NCBI GenBank assembly: GCA_021826225.1
Contig: JAKBAV010000003.1
Coordinates: 1,561 to 65,560 of the forward strand
Source: Pseudomonadota bacterium
GTDB lineage: Bacteria > Pseudomonadota > Alphaproteobacteria > Acetobacterales > Acetobacteraceae
DNA length: 64,000 nt
Reading direction: 5' to 3'
Shown here: piece after piece, positions 39,813-47,361 of the stretch
Layout of the letters: each line of letters begins with the position of its first letter
How positions within the stretch are numbered: the stretch's first letter is position 1
Notes under the pieces: generated by a model
The model's database searches: none
Told to the model about the DNA's origin: nothing
What the model saw: only the letters and a program-made list of their open reading frames with translations
Translations under genes and position numbers: made by a program

Positions 39813-40730
39813 TCACGCGGCGTCCAGCGGGATTTTCAGATAGCGTCTGCCGTTATCCTCGGCCGGCGGCAGGCGCCCGCCCCGCATGTTCACCTGGATC
39901 GAGGGCATGATCAGCCGCGGCATGCCGAGCGTCGCATCGCGGGCCTGGCGCATGGCGACGAACGTATCCTCGGACACGCCGTCATGCACATGCACATTCT
40001 CCGCCCGCTCCGCCCCGACCGTGGTTTCCCAGCAATATTCCGCGCGCGCCGGCGTCTTGTAGTCATGGCACAGAAACAGCCGGCTATTCCCAGGCAGAGC
40101 GAGCAGGCGGCGGATGGAGCGGTAGAGCTGGCGCGCATCCCCGCCGGGAAAATCCGCCCGGGCGGTGCCGTAATCGGGCATGAACAGGGTATCGCCGGTG
40201 AACACCGCGTCGCCGATCACATAGGCCAGATCCGCGGGCGTATGGCCCGGTACATGCAGGGCCACGGCCTGCAATCCGCCGATCTGGAAGGCATCGCCAT
40301 CCTGGAAGAGTACGTCAAAATCCGACCCGTTCCGGAGAAAGCCAGCGCCGGCATTGAACAGATCACCGAAAATCCGCTGCACATCGACGATTTTCGCACC
40401 GATGCCGAGCCTGCCCCCGAGCCGCTCCTGAAGATACGGCGCGGCGGAAAGATGATCCGCATGGGCATGGGTTTCCAGCAGCCAGTCCACACCCAGCTCC
40501 TCCTGCGTGACATAGGCCAGAATCGCCTCCGCTGCGGCGAGGGAGGTACGGCCCGAGGCGGGGTCGTAATCGCGCACGCTGTCGATAATCGCGGCGCGGC
40601 GGGTGGCAGGATCATGCACCACATAGCTGACCGTGAATGTTTCCGGATGGAAAAACGCCTTTACCGGCACGGCCCCGGCCGGAGTCGCTTCAATCAGGCC
40701 CGCAGCGCGCCGCCAGGCTTCATTACGCAT
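39813..40730 (-). CDS. Persulfide (sulfur) dioxygenase, MBL fold
   Basis: LETHAHADH, PGHTPA, FTGDTLFMPDYGTARADFPGG, LCHDY, PSIQVNMRGG (Blh/SdoA type). Confidence 0.9.
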   Translation of the reverse strand: MRNEAWRRAAGLIEATPAGAVPVKAFFHPETFTVSYVVHDPATRRAAIIDSVRDYDPASGRTSLAAAEAILAYVTQEELGVDWLLETHAHADHLSAAPYLQERLGGRLGIGAKIVDVQRIFGDLFNAGAGFLRNGSDFDVLFQDGDAFQIGGLQAVALHVPGHTPADLAYVIGDAVFTGDTLFMPDYGTARADFPGGDARQLYRSIRRLLALPGNSRLFLCHDYKTPARAEYCWETTVGAERAENVHVHDGVSEDTFVAMRQARDATLGMPRLIMPSIQVNMRGGRLPPAEDNGRRYLKIPLDAA

Positions 40731-40749
40731 GGAGTTCCTTAATTATTAA

Positions 40750-40766
40750 TTATATGATATATGTAA
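40750..40766. promoter_or_regulatory. Putative ArsR (BigR-like) operator
   Basis: AT-rich imperfect palindrome TTATAT-GATAT-ATGTAA in the divergent pdo/prx intergenic region. Confidence 0.45.
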
Positions 40767-40884
40767 CTATGAAGATTATAGGACGTCAAGTAAAGCTTCG
40801 GTAATCCTGGCCAATGGAATCTGGCAGTGGAGTCTGGCAGTGGAAAATGTACAAATTGGCGTCGATATGCGGATTGGAGACCAG

Positions 40885-41523
40885 ATGGACGATGAACTCA
40901 CCCCAGCGCTCTCCCCGCGGCCATTGCGTATCGGCGATGCCGCGCCCGATTTCCGGGCCCGCACCACGCAGGGTGAGGTGAAGCTCTCGGGCTACCGGAA
41001 GCGCTGGCTGGTGTTTTTCTCCCATCCGGCGGATTTCACCCCCGTCTGCACCTCCGAGTTCGTCGCCCTGGCCCGGGCCGCCGACCGTTTCGCGGCGCTG
41101 AACTGCGCCCTGCTGGGCCTTTCCGTGGATAGTTTATTTTCCCACCTCGCCTGGCTGCGTGCGATCCGCGATGTCTTTGGCGTCACCATCCCGTTTCCGG
41201 TGGTGGAAGATCCGAGCATGGCGGTGGGCCGTGCCTATGGCATGATCGCCCCGGGCGTGCCGGACAGCGCCGCGGTGCGCGCGAGCTATTTCATTGACCC
41301 GGACGGGATTATCCGCGCGATGACTTGGTATCCGAACAATGTCGGCCGCTCGGTCGAGGAAATGCTGCGCCTGGTCATGGCGCTGCAGATGACCTCGGGC
41401 GATCAGGCGCTGGCGCCGGAAGGCTGGCAACCCGGCGCCCCGGGCCTGGCGCCGCCCGCTTCCAGCCTGGCGGAGATGGCGCCGGGGGCGGACTGGTTCT
41501 GCCGCCAGGCGGATAAGGCATGA
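40885..41523 (+). CDS. Peroxiredoxin (Prx6 subfamily)
   Basis: FSHPADFTPVCTSEF, VGRSVEE, PEGW-x-PG and C-terminal DWFC; GGAG before ATG 40885. Confidence 0.92.
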   Translation: MDDELTPALSPRPLRIGDAAPDFRARTTQGEVKLSGYRKRWLVFFSHPADFTPVCTSEFVALARAADRFAALNCALLGLSVDSLFSHLAWLRAIRDVFGVTIPFPVVEDPSMAVGRAYGMIAPGVPDSAAVRASYFIDPDGIIRAMTWYPNNVGRSVEEMLRLVMALQMTSGDQALAPEGWQPGAPGLAPPASSLAEMAPGADWFCRQADKA

Positions 41524-41930
41524 CCGCGTTACACAAGGACCGCGCCCGCGCGATTGCGGTGGCGGAGACGCTGAAACTCTTTGCCCAGCCGCAGCGGCTG
41601 ATGATCCTCTCATACCTTCTGGCGGGGGAGCGGACGGTCAGCGAGATCAATGCCGCCACCAGCATCGGCCAGCCGGCATTGAGCCAGCAGCTCGCGGCGC
41701 TGCGGGGCAAGGCGCTGGTCCGCACCCGCCGCCACGGCACGCAGATTTTCTATGCCCTGGCGGATGAAACGGCCACGCCATGGATACGCTGCCTTGAGGC
41801 GATGTTCGGCGCCGGCACCGCCCCCTTCGCCGCCATCCAGGCCACGGCATCGCCCGGTCCAGCCCAGGCCGCCGCGCCGCGCCCGGCCGGTGCCGCGGCT
41901 TTTGTGCAAATGCTCGGCAAGAATTATTAA
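41520..41930 (+). CDS. ArsR/SmtB family transcriptional regulator (BigR/SqrR-like)
   Basis: LK-x-x-A-x-P-x-RLMIL, QPALSQQLAALR, LVRTRR-x-G-x-QIFY; ATGA overlap with prx. Confidence 0.9.
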   Translation: MTALHKDRARAIAVAETLKLFAQPQRLMILSYLLAGERTVSEINAATSIGQPALSQQLAALRGKALVRTRRHGTQIFYALADETATPWIRCLEAMFGAGTAPFAAIQATASPGPAQAAAPRPAGAAAFVQMLGKNY

Positions 41931-42061
41931 GGCGCGGGCAACGCCGCTTCCACGCCGCGCCCTGTGTTCCCATTCGAAACCACCTGAACCGGCCCTCAAA
42001 CAGGGCGCTTGAGCCAGAGCGCCAGTCTATCTGCCCCATTTTGTTGTTTGTTTTCAACGCT

Positions 42062-42079
42062 TTTTAGCCATGCTAAAAT
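42062..42079 (+). promoter_or_regulatory. Extended -10 promoter overlapped by a palindrome, upstream of the decarboxylase leader
   Basis: TGcTAAAAT overlapping the inverted repeat TTTTAGC-CAT-GCTAAAA. Confidence 0.5.
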
Positions 42080-42152
42080 AGCATAACACCAGCTGGACCA
42101 CATGCCTTACATCCCGATCCGCTTCGCCCACTCAATGCCTGAGCGGGTGGAC

Positions 42153-42200
42153 GAAGCGCGACGCATCGGAAGCTCGACGCATCGGAAGCGCGACGCATCG
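42153..42200. repeat. 16-bp tandem repeat x3
   Basis: GAAGCGCGACGCATCG / GAAGCTCGACGCATCG / GAAGCGCGACGCATCG. Confidence 0.95.
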
Positions 42201-42347
42201 TACGTGCCAAGAGTCAGGTTGCCGATAATCAGTTTGCGCTAATCAGTTTGCCGCGGACCCGGTCGGGTACAGCAACCACGAGACGCATCCTGCTAGGTCG
42301 AAATCGGTCCCCCTTCCATGGTGGCCGGGATCAATTGGAGACGCTTG

Positions 42348-42398
42348 ATGTCGCACATACGGTTCATAACGATGCGAAGTCCACGCAGCCTCGCCTGA
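42348..42398 (+). CDS. Candidate leader peptide MSHIRFITMRSPRSLA
   Basis: GGAG 7 nt before the ATG; rare codons (ATA x2, CGA); stop codon directly followed by a terminator-like hairpin. Confidence 0.5.
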   Translation: MSHIRFITMRSPRSLA

Positions 42399-42448
42399 GC
42401 GCGTCCGCGCATGTCCGCATGCGCGCCCCGCGTTTCTTGTTGTTTTTT
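42399..42448 (+). terminator. Attenuator-like intrinsic terminator in the decarboxylase leader
   Basis: CGCGCATG-TCCG-CATGCGCG stem (extendable by GCGCG/CGCGT), then TTTCTTGTTGTTTTTT ending 55 nt before the CDS. Confidence 0.6.
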
Positions 42449-42502
42449 GAACAATCGGCGGGTCAGATTCAGCCTGCCGGCGATTTGCGAGGATTTTTCT
42501 CC

Positions 42503-43771
42503 ATGAGCCTTATTGAAAACCGCGGCCTTATTGAAACCCACAGCCTCACCGAAACCCGCGCCGCCATAGGCCCGCCGCACCGCCATGTCTCCCTCCGCGC
42601 CGATAGCGATATGCTGCCCAGCGTGGCGGAAATGGTCAAAACCCTGCATCCGTCCGAGCCGTTGCACTGCATCCGCCCGGCCGCCATCAGCGCCGCGGCG
42701 CGGAATTTCGCCGCCGCCTTCAATGGCGACGTGCTCTACGCCGTGAAGTGCAATCCGGAGCCCGCCGTGCTGCGCGCCTTATGGGAGGGCGGCATCCGCC
42801 ATTTTGACTGCGCCTCAATCTCCGAGGTCACGCTGGTCCGCCGCCTGTTTCCCGGCGCGCATATCCATTTCATGCATCCCGTCAAATCCCGCCCGGCCAT
42901 CGCCGAGGCCTGGGTCCTGCACGGCGTGCGCGATTTCGTGCTCGATTCCTTCAGCGAACTCGACAAGATCATGGCGGAAATCACCGCCTCGGCGCTTGAC
43001 CGCCCCGGCCTGTTCATCCGCATCGCCTTGCCCGAGACCGGCGCCGTCATCAATCTTTCCAAAAAATTCGGCACGGATTTTGCCACCGCCATCGCCCTGC
43101 TGCGCGCCGCCCGGCCTCTGGCCGGCCGCCTGGGTGTGGCCTTCCATGCCGGCTCGCAATGCCTCGACCCGCTGGCCTGGCGGGACGCCATCGCCCTGGC
43201 CGGCGAAGTCATCCTTGCCGCCGGCGTGCGCGTCGATGTCCTGGATGTAGGCGGCGGCTTTCCCGCCGCCTATCCGGACATGGACCCACCCCCACTCGGC
43301 GCCTTCATGGCGGAAATCGATGCCGCCTATGACCGTCTGAACATGCCCGGCCTGAGGCTGTGGGCCGAGCCCGGCCGCGCGCTTGTCGCCGGCGGCGGCT
43401 CTGTGGTGGTGCAGGTACAGCTCCGCCGCGACAACATGCTGTACATCAACGACGGCGTGTATGGCGCCCTGGCCGATGCCGGCGCGCTGAAATTCCGCTT
43501 CCCCACCCGCCTGCTGCATAGCCGCCACTCCGCCGGCGCGCCGGATGCATCGTTCGGCTTCTTCGGCCCGAGCTGCGATTCGCTCGATGTGATGAACGGC
43601 CCCTTCATCCTGCCCGATGACGTGGCCGAAGGCGACTGGATCGAGATCGGCCAGCTCGGCGCTTATGGCACATGCCTGCGCACCGCCTTTAACGGGTTCG
43701 ACCGCGCCACTCTGGTCGAGGTCTCCGACCGCGCCATGCTCGAAGGCCCCGTTTCCGAGCCCCAGCCCTGA
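42503..43771 (+). CDS. Ornithine/lysine decarboxylase, group IV (type III PLP, alanine-racemase fold)
   Basis: YAVKCNP (PLP Lys), FDCASISE, KKFG, FHAGSQ, LDVGGGF, EPGR, GPSCDSLD, GAYG; GAGGA before ATG 42503. Confidence 0.93.
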   Translation: MSLIENRGLIETHSLTETRAAIGPPHRHVSLRADSDMLPSVAEMVKTLHPSEPLHCIRPAAISAAARNFAAAFNGDVLYAVKCNPEPAVLRALWEGGIRHFDCASISEVTLVRRLFPGAHIHFMHPVKSRPAIAEAWVLHGVRDFVLDSFSELDKIMAEITASALDRPGLFIRIALPETGAVINLSKKFGTDFATAIALLRAARPLAGRLGVAFHAGSQCLDPLAWRDAIALAGEVILAAGVRVDVLDVGGGFPAAYPDMDPPPLGAFMAEIDAAYDRLNMPGLRLWAEPGRALVAGGGSVVVQVQLRRDNMLYINDGVYGALADAGALKFRFPTRLLHSRHSAGAPDASFGFFGPSCDSLDVMNGPFILPDDVAEGDWIEIGQLGAYGTCLRTAFNGFDRATLVEVSDRAMLEGPVSEPQP

Positions 43772-43827
43772 TGTACTGATGGCCAAGCCCGTCCCGGCGC
43801 GGTAATCTCGCCGGAACGGAGGGTCAC

Positions 43828-44754
43828 ATGCTGCTCATCACCCGGGAAATGCCGCCAGCGGTGCTGGCGCGCGCGCAACGCGAGCACCAGCTGCGCGAGC
43901 TGCGCCTGACCGGCCGTTTCGCCCCGCATCACGTGCTCAATAATTGCGAGGGCGTCACCGCGATCCTCTGCATCCCGGCCGATATTTTTGACGCCGCCCT
44001 CATCGCCGCCTTGCCGGACAGCGTGAAAGTCATCGCCACCTTCAGCGTCGGGCTGGAACATATAGACCGCGATGCCGCCGCCGCGCGCGGCATAAAAATC
44101 TGCCACACGCCGGATGTGCTCACCACCGCCACGGCGGAACTGTCGCTCATGCTCATGCTCATGGCGGCGCGCCGCGCCGGCGAGGGCGAGCGCATCCTGC
44201 GCGCCGGGCTCTGGCCGGGGCTGGCGCCCACTTTTCATCTTGGTCGAGGCGTCGCGGGCAAGGTGCTGGGCATTTTCGGCATGGGGCGCATCGGCCAGGC
44301 TTTGGCCGGCATGGCGCGCGGGCTAAACATGCAGGTGCATTACCGCAATCGCCAGCGCCTGCCGCCCACGCTGGAGCAAGGTGCCATTTACCATGGCGAG
44401 GATGCCCGCTTCCTCTCCGCCATCGATTTTCTCTCCATCAACGCCCCTGGCGGGGCTGAGACATTCCACTGGCTCAACCACGCGCGCCTCGCTCGGCTCA
44501 AACCCGGCGCCATCATCGTCAATACCGGGCGCGGCACCATCATCGACGATGCCGCCCTCATCGCCGCCTTGCGCTCAGGCCATGTCGCCGCCGCCGGGCT
44601 CGATGTTTTCGCCCATGAGCCGAAAATTCCGGCGGGCTATCTGGCCCTGGAAAACGTGGTGCTGCTGCCGCATATCGGCTCCGCCACCATCGAGGCGCGC
44701 AACGCCATGGGCTTTCTCGCTTTGGACGGCATCAAGGCCGCTCTGGCGGCTTGA
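43828..44754 (+). CDS. D-isomer 2-hydroxyacid dehydrogenase (glyoxylate/hydroxypyruvate reductase-like)
   Basis: TPDVLT, GIFGMGRIG, VNTGRG, GLDVFAHEP, LPHIGSAT. Confidence 0.93.
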   Translation: MLLITREMPPAVLARAQREHQLRELRLTGRFAPHHVLNNCEGVTAILCIPADIFDAALIAALPDSVKVIATFSVGLEHIDRDAAAARGIKICHTPDVLTTATAELSLMLMLMAARRAGEGERILRAGLWPGLAPTFHLGRGVAGKVLGIFGMGRIGQALAGMARGLNMQVHYRNRQRLPPTLEQGAIYHGEDARFLSAIDFLSINAPGGAETFHWLNHARLARLKPGAIIVNTGRGTIIDDAALIAALRSGHVAAAGLDVFAHEPKIPAGYLALENVVLLPHIGSATIEARNAMGFLALDGIKAALAA

Positions 44755-44793
44755 CCAGGATCTCAAGGCCGCTCTGGCGGCTTGACCAGGATC
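44732..44793. repeat. Perfect 31-bp tandem duplication containing the upstream gene's stop codon
   Basis: TCAAGGCCGCTCTGGCGGCTTGACCAGGATC at 44732-44762 and 44763-44793. Confidence 0.97.
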
Positions 44794-44852
44794 AATGTCC
44801 CGGTTTGCGTCCAGCCTCAGCATGTTCCCATTCAGCAAAGGGAGCCACGCTC

Positions 44853-45251
44853 ATGGCGGCACAACATCTCAACCTGCTCATCGTCATCGCCGATGCCGAG
44901 CATGCCCGCTTCGTCCGCCCCGCCGAGGAGGATAACACGCTGCGTTCCTCCAGCCGGGTCCAGCCGGAGGAGGGCCATGGCGGCGCCGAAAATCAGGCGC
45001 ATAACCAGCATCCGGAAAAATTCGCCACCTGGGTTGCCGGGCAGCTCAACCAGCATGCCGCCAGCTATGATGAGCTGGTCCTGGTCGCCCCGGCCCATAC
45101 GCTTAGCCTGATCGGCGCGCATCTCGACAAGCCGGCTCAGGCCAGGCTCATCGGCAAACTGGACAAGGATCTGGCGAAAATCTCCGACCACGATCTGTGG
45201 CCGCATGTGAAACACTGGGTCCGCCGCGTGCACCGGGCGAAGCTGCTATAA
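44853..45251 (+). CDS. Host attachment protein (AtsE/baeRF12-like)
   Basis: LIVIADAEHARF, FATWVAGQLN, LVLVAPAHTL, DKDLAK; GGGAG RBS. Confidence 0.8.
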   Translation: MAAQHLNLLIVIADAEHARFVRPAEEDNTLRSSSRVQPEEGHGGAENQAHNQHPEKFATWVAGQLNQHAASYDELVLVAPAHTLSLIGAHLDKPAQARLIGKLDKDLAKISDHDLWPHVKHWVRRVHRAKLL

Positions 45252-45272
45252 CGCCGGCTGGGAGAAGCCGGC

Positions 45273-45947
45273 CTATTCCTTGAGCCAGACCGGCTCCTTG
45301 AGCTTCGCCACAAACGCCGCATGCGCGGCCTTCTGCGCCTCGCTCACCTCGATCACCCGCACCACCCGGTCCACTGGCGCGTCATATTGCGCGAAGGCCA
45401 GCGCCTGCTCCGTCTCCAAAATCAGCCCGCGCTGCCGCCCGCCGGTCAGCTCCACATACACTTCCGCCAGCAGCTTGCAGTCCAGCAGCGCATTATGCGT
45501 GCTGCGCGCCGAGAGATCGACCTCGAACCGCCGGCACAGCGCGTCCAGGCTGTTCGGCATGCCGGGAAACCGCGCCTTCGCCAGCACCAGCGTATCGATC
45601 ATGCGCCCGCGATCCAGCTTCGGTTTGCCGATGCGCGTCAGCTCATGGTCGATAAAGCCGAAATCGAACGGCGCGTTATGCGCCACCAGCGGCGCATCGC
45701 CGAAGAATTCAAGCATCGCATCCGCCACATCGGCGAATTTCGGCTTGCCCTCGACATGCGCGTTGGTAATGCCATGCACCCGCGTGCTGTCGCTCGGAAT
45801 ATCCCGCTCGGGGTCGAGCAGCGCGTAAAACTGCGCCCCCGTCGGCAGGTCGTTGAACAGTTCGATGGCGGCGATCTCGATCACCCGGTCGCCGGTCAGC
45901 GGCTCGAAGCCCGTGGTTTCCGTATCGAACAGGACCGAGCGGCTCAT
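45273..45947 (-). CDS. dnaQ: DNA polymerase III epsilon subunit
   Basis: FDTETTG, VAHNAPFD, HNALLD, YVELTGGRQ; aroE-coaE-dnaQ order. Confidence 0.96.
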   Translation of the reverse strand: MSRSVLFDTETTGFEPLTGDRVIEIAAIELFNDLPTGAQFYALLDPERDIPSDSTRVHGITNAHVEGKPKFADVADAMLEFFGDAPLVAHNAPFDFGFIDHELTRIGKPKLDRGRMIDTLVLAKARFPGMPNSLDALCRRFEVDLSARSTHNALLDCKLLAEVYVELTGGRQRGLILETEQALAFAQYDAPVDRVVRVIEVSEAQKAAHAAFVAKLKEPVWLKE

Positions 45948-46543
45948 AATTTCAGTTCCTCTAATTTCAGTTCCGCGAAAATACGCGCCACCTGCGCCTG
46001 CGTGTTTTCAAGCGTGCCGCTGGTATCGACGATAAAATCCGCCAGCGCGCGCTTCTGCGCATCGGGCATCTGCCGCGCGATGATGGCCTCGATATCAGCC
46101 AGCTTCACGCCGCGCGCCAGCACCCGCGCCACCTGCATCGCCCGCGGGCATGATACCACGATCACCTTATCCATCCCGCCTTGCACGCGGCTCTCGAACA
46201 GCAGCGGTACATCCAGCAGCACCGCGCGCCGCCCGGCCTGGCGCGCCGCCGCGATGAGCCCCGCCTGGCGGTCCCGCACCAGCGGATGCATGATCGCCTC
46301 AAGCCGCTTCATTTCAGCATCATCGGCCAGCACCCGCGCGCGCAACGCCGCGCGGTCCAGCACCCCCTCATGCACCGTGCCGGGAAACGCCGCGTCAAGC
46401 GCCGGGATCGCCGCGCCATCTCTCGCCTGCAACGCATGCACCTCGGCATCCGCGTTGAAAACCGGGAGGCCATGTGCCGCGAACATTCCGGCCACGGTCG
46501 ATTTACCCATGCCGATCCCGCCGGTCAGCCCGAGCAGCATCAT
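45944..46543 (-). CDS. coaE: Dephospho-CoA kinase
   Basis: GLTGGIGMGKST, LEAIMHPLV, LDVPLLFE, RQMPD. Confidence 0.96.
   Translation of the reverse strand: MMLLGLTGGIGMGKSTVAGMFAAHGLPVFNADAEVHALQARDGAAIPALDAAFPGTVHEGVLDRAALRARVLADDAEMKRLEAIMHPLVRDRQAGLIAAARQAGRRAVLLDVPLLFESRVQGGMDKVIVVSCPRAMQVARVLARGVKLADIEAIIARQMPDAQKRALADFIVDTSGTLENTQAQVARIFAELKLEELKL
45947..45974. repeat. 15-bp-period duplication at the coaE 3' end
   Basis: TAATTTCAGTTCC twice, giving the C-terminus ELKL-E-ELKL. Confidence 0.85.
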
Positions 46544-47361
46544 GCGGCGGCAATCCGGTACAATTCGTCATCCACCACCGGCGTCACGCCGAACCAGGCG
46601 GCGAAACCCGGCACGGCCTGGTGCAGCAGCATGCCGAGCCCGCCCACCGCGCGCAGCCCCCGCGCCGCCGCCTCGGCGAGCAACGCCGTCTCAAGCGGCG
46701 TGTACACGATATCCGCCACCGCCATGCCGGCGGCGGCGCGGTCCAGCCCCATCTCCAACCTCTCATGTCCGGCCATGCCGAGCGAGGTGGTGTTGACCAG
46801 CAGCGCGAAATCGCTACAGGCCGCCGCGCGTTGCGCCCAGGGCAGCAGCCGGGCAGGGGGCAGGGCGGCCGCCAGCGCCGCGGCGCGCTCCGGCGAGCGG
46901 TTGGTAATCGTCACCTCCGCCCCCGCCTCCTGCAACGCCGCCACAATCGCCCGCGCCGCGCCGCCCGCCCCCAGCACCAGCACCGGCCCGGCCGGCGCCA
47001 CGCCATGCGCGCGCAGATTGGCAATAAACCCGTACCCGTCAGTATTGCGCCCCTCGATACCCCGGGGCCCGAAAACCAGCGTGTTCACGGCCCTCGCGCG
47101 GCGGGCGAAATCCTCCACTTTGTCGCACACGGCAAAGGCCGCCTCCTTGTGCGGGAGCGTCACATTCGCCCCGGCGAAGCCGGCTTTGGCCAGAGCCCGC
47201 GCCACTTCGGCGAAATTCTCCGGCGCCACCGGCAGCGGCACATAGGCGCCATCGATGCCATGGCGTTGCAGCCAGAGCCCATGAATACGCGGCGAGCGGG
47301 AATGGGCGACCGGCCAGCCGATTACCCCGGCAAGCCGGGCGGAGCCGGATAGGAGTCGCAT
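46540..47361 (-). CDS. aroE: Shikimate dehydrogenase
   Basis: HSRSPRIH, NVTLPHK, AVNT, NTDGYG, GAGGAARA, GMLLHQA. Confidence 0.96.
   Translation of the reverse strand: MRLLSGSARLAGVIGWPVAHSRSPRIHGLWLQRHGIDGAYVPLPVAPENFAEVARALAKAGFAGANVTLPHKEAAFAVCDKVEDFARRARAVNTLVFGPRGIEGRNTDGYGFIANLRAHGVAPAGPVLVLGAGGAARAIVAALQEAGAEVTITNRSPERAAALAAALPPARLLPWAQRAAACSDFALLVNTTSLGMAGHERLEMGLDRAAAGMAVADIVYTPLETALLAEAAARGLRAVGGLGMLLHQAVPGFAAWFGVTPVVDDELYRIAAA

Noticed and set aside
42248-42502. 85-aa N-terminal extension of the decarboxylase from TTG 42248
   Set aside because: No RBS, it crosses the terminator and U tract, and ATG 42503 has GAGGA upstream.
44853-45251. Host attachment (eRF1-like) protein as part of a defence or toxin system
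   Set aside because: Stand-alone, common alphaproteobacterial gene with no partner or mobile context here.
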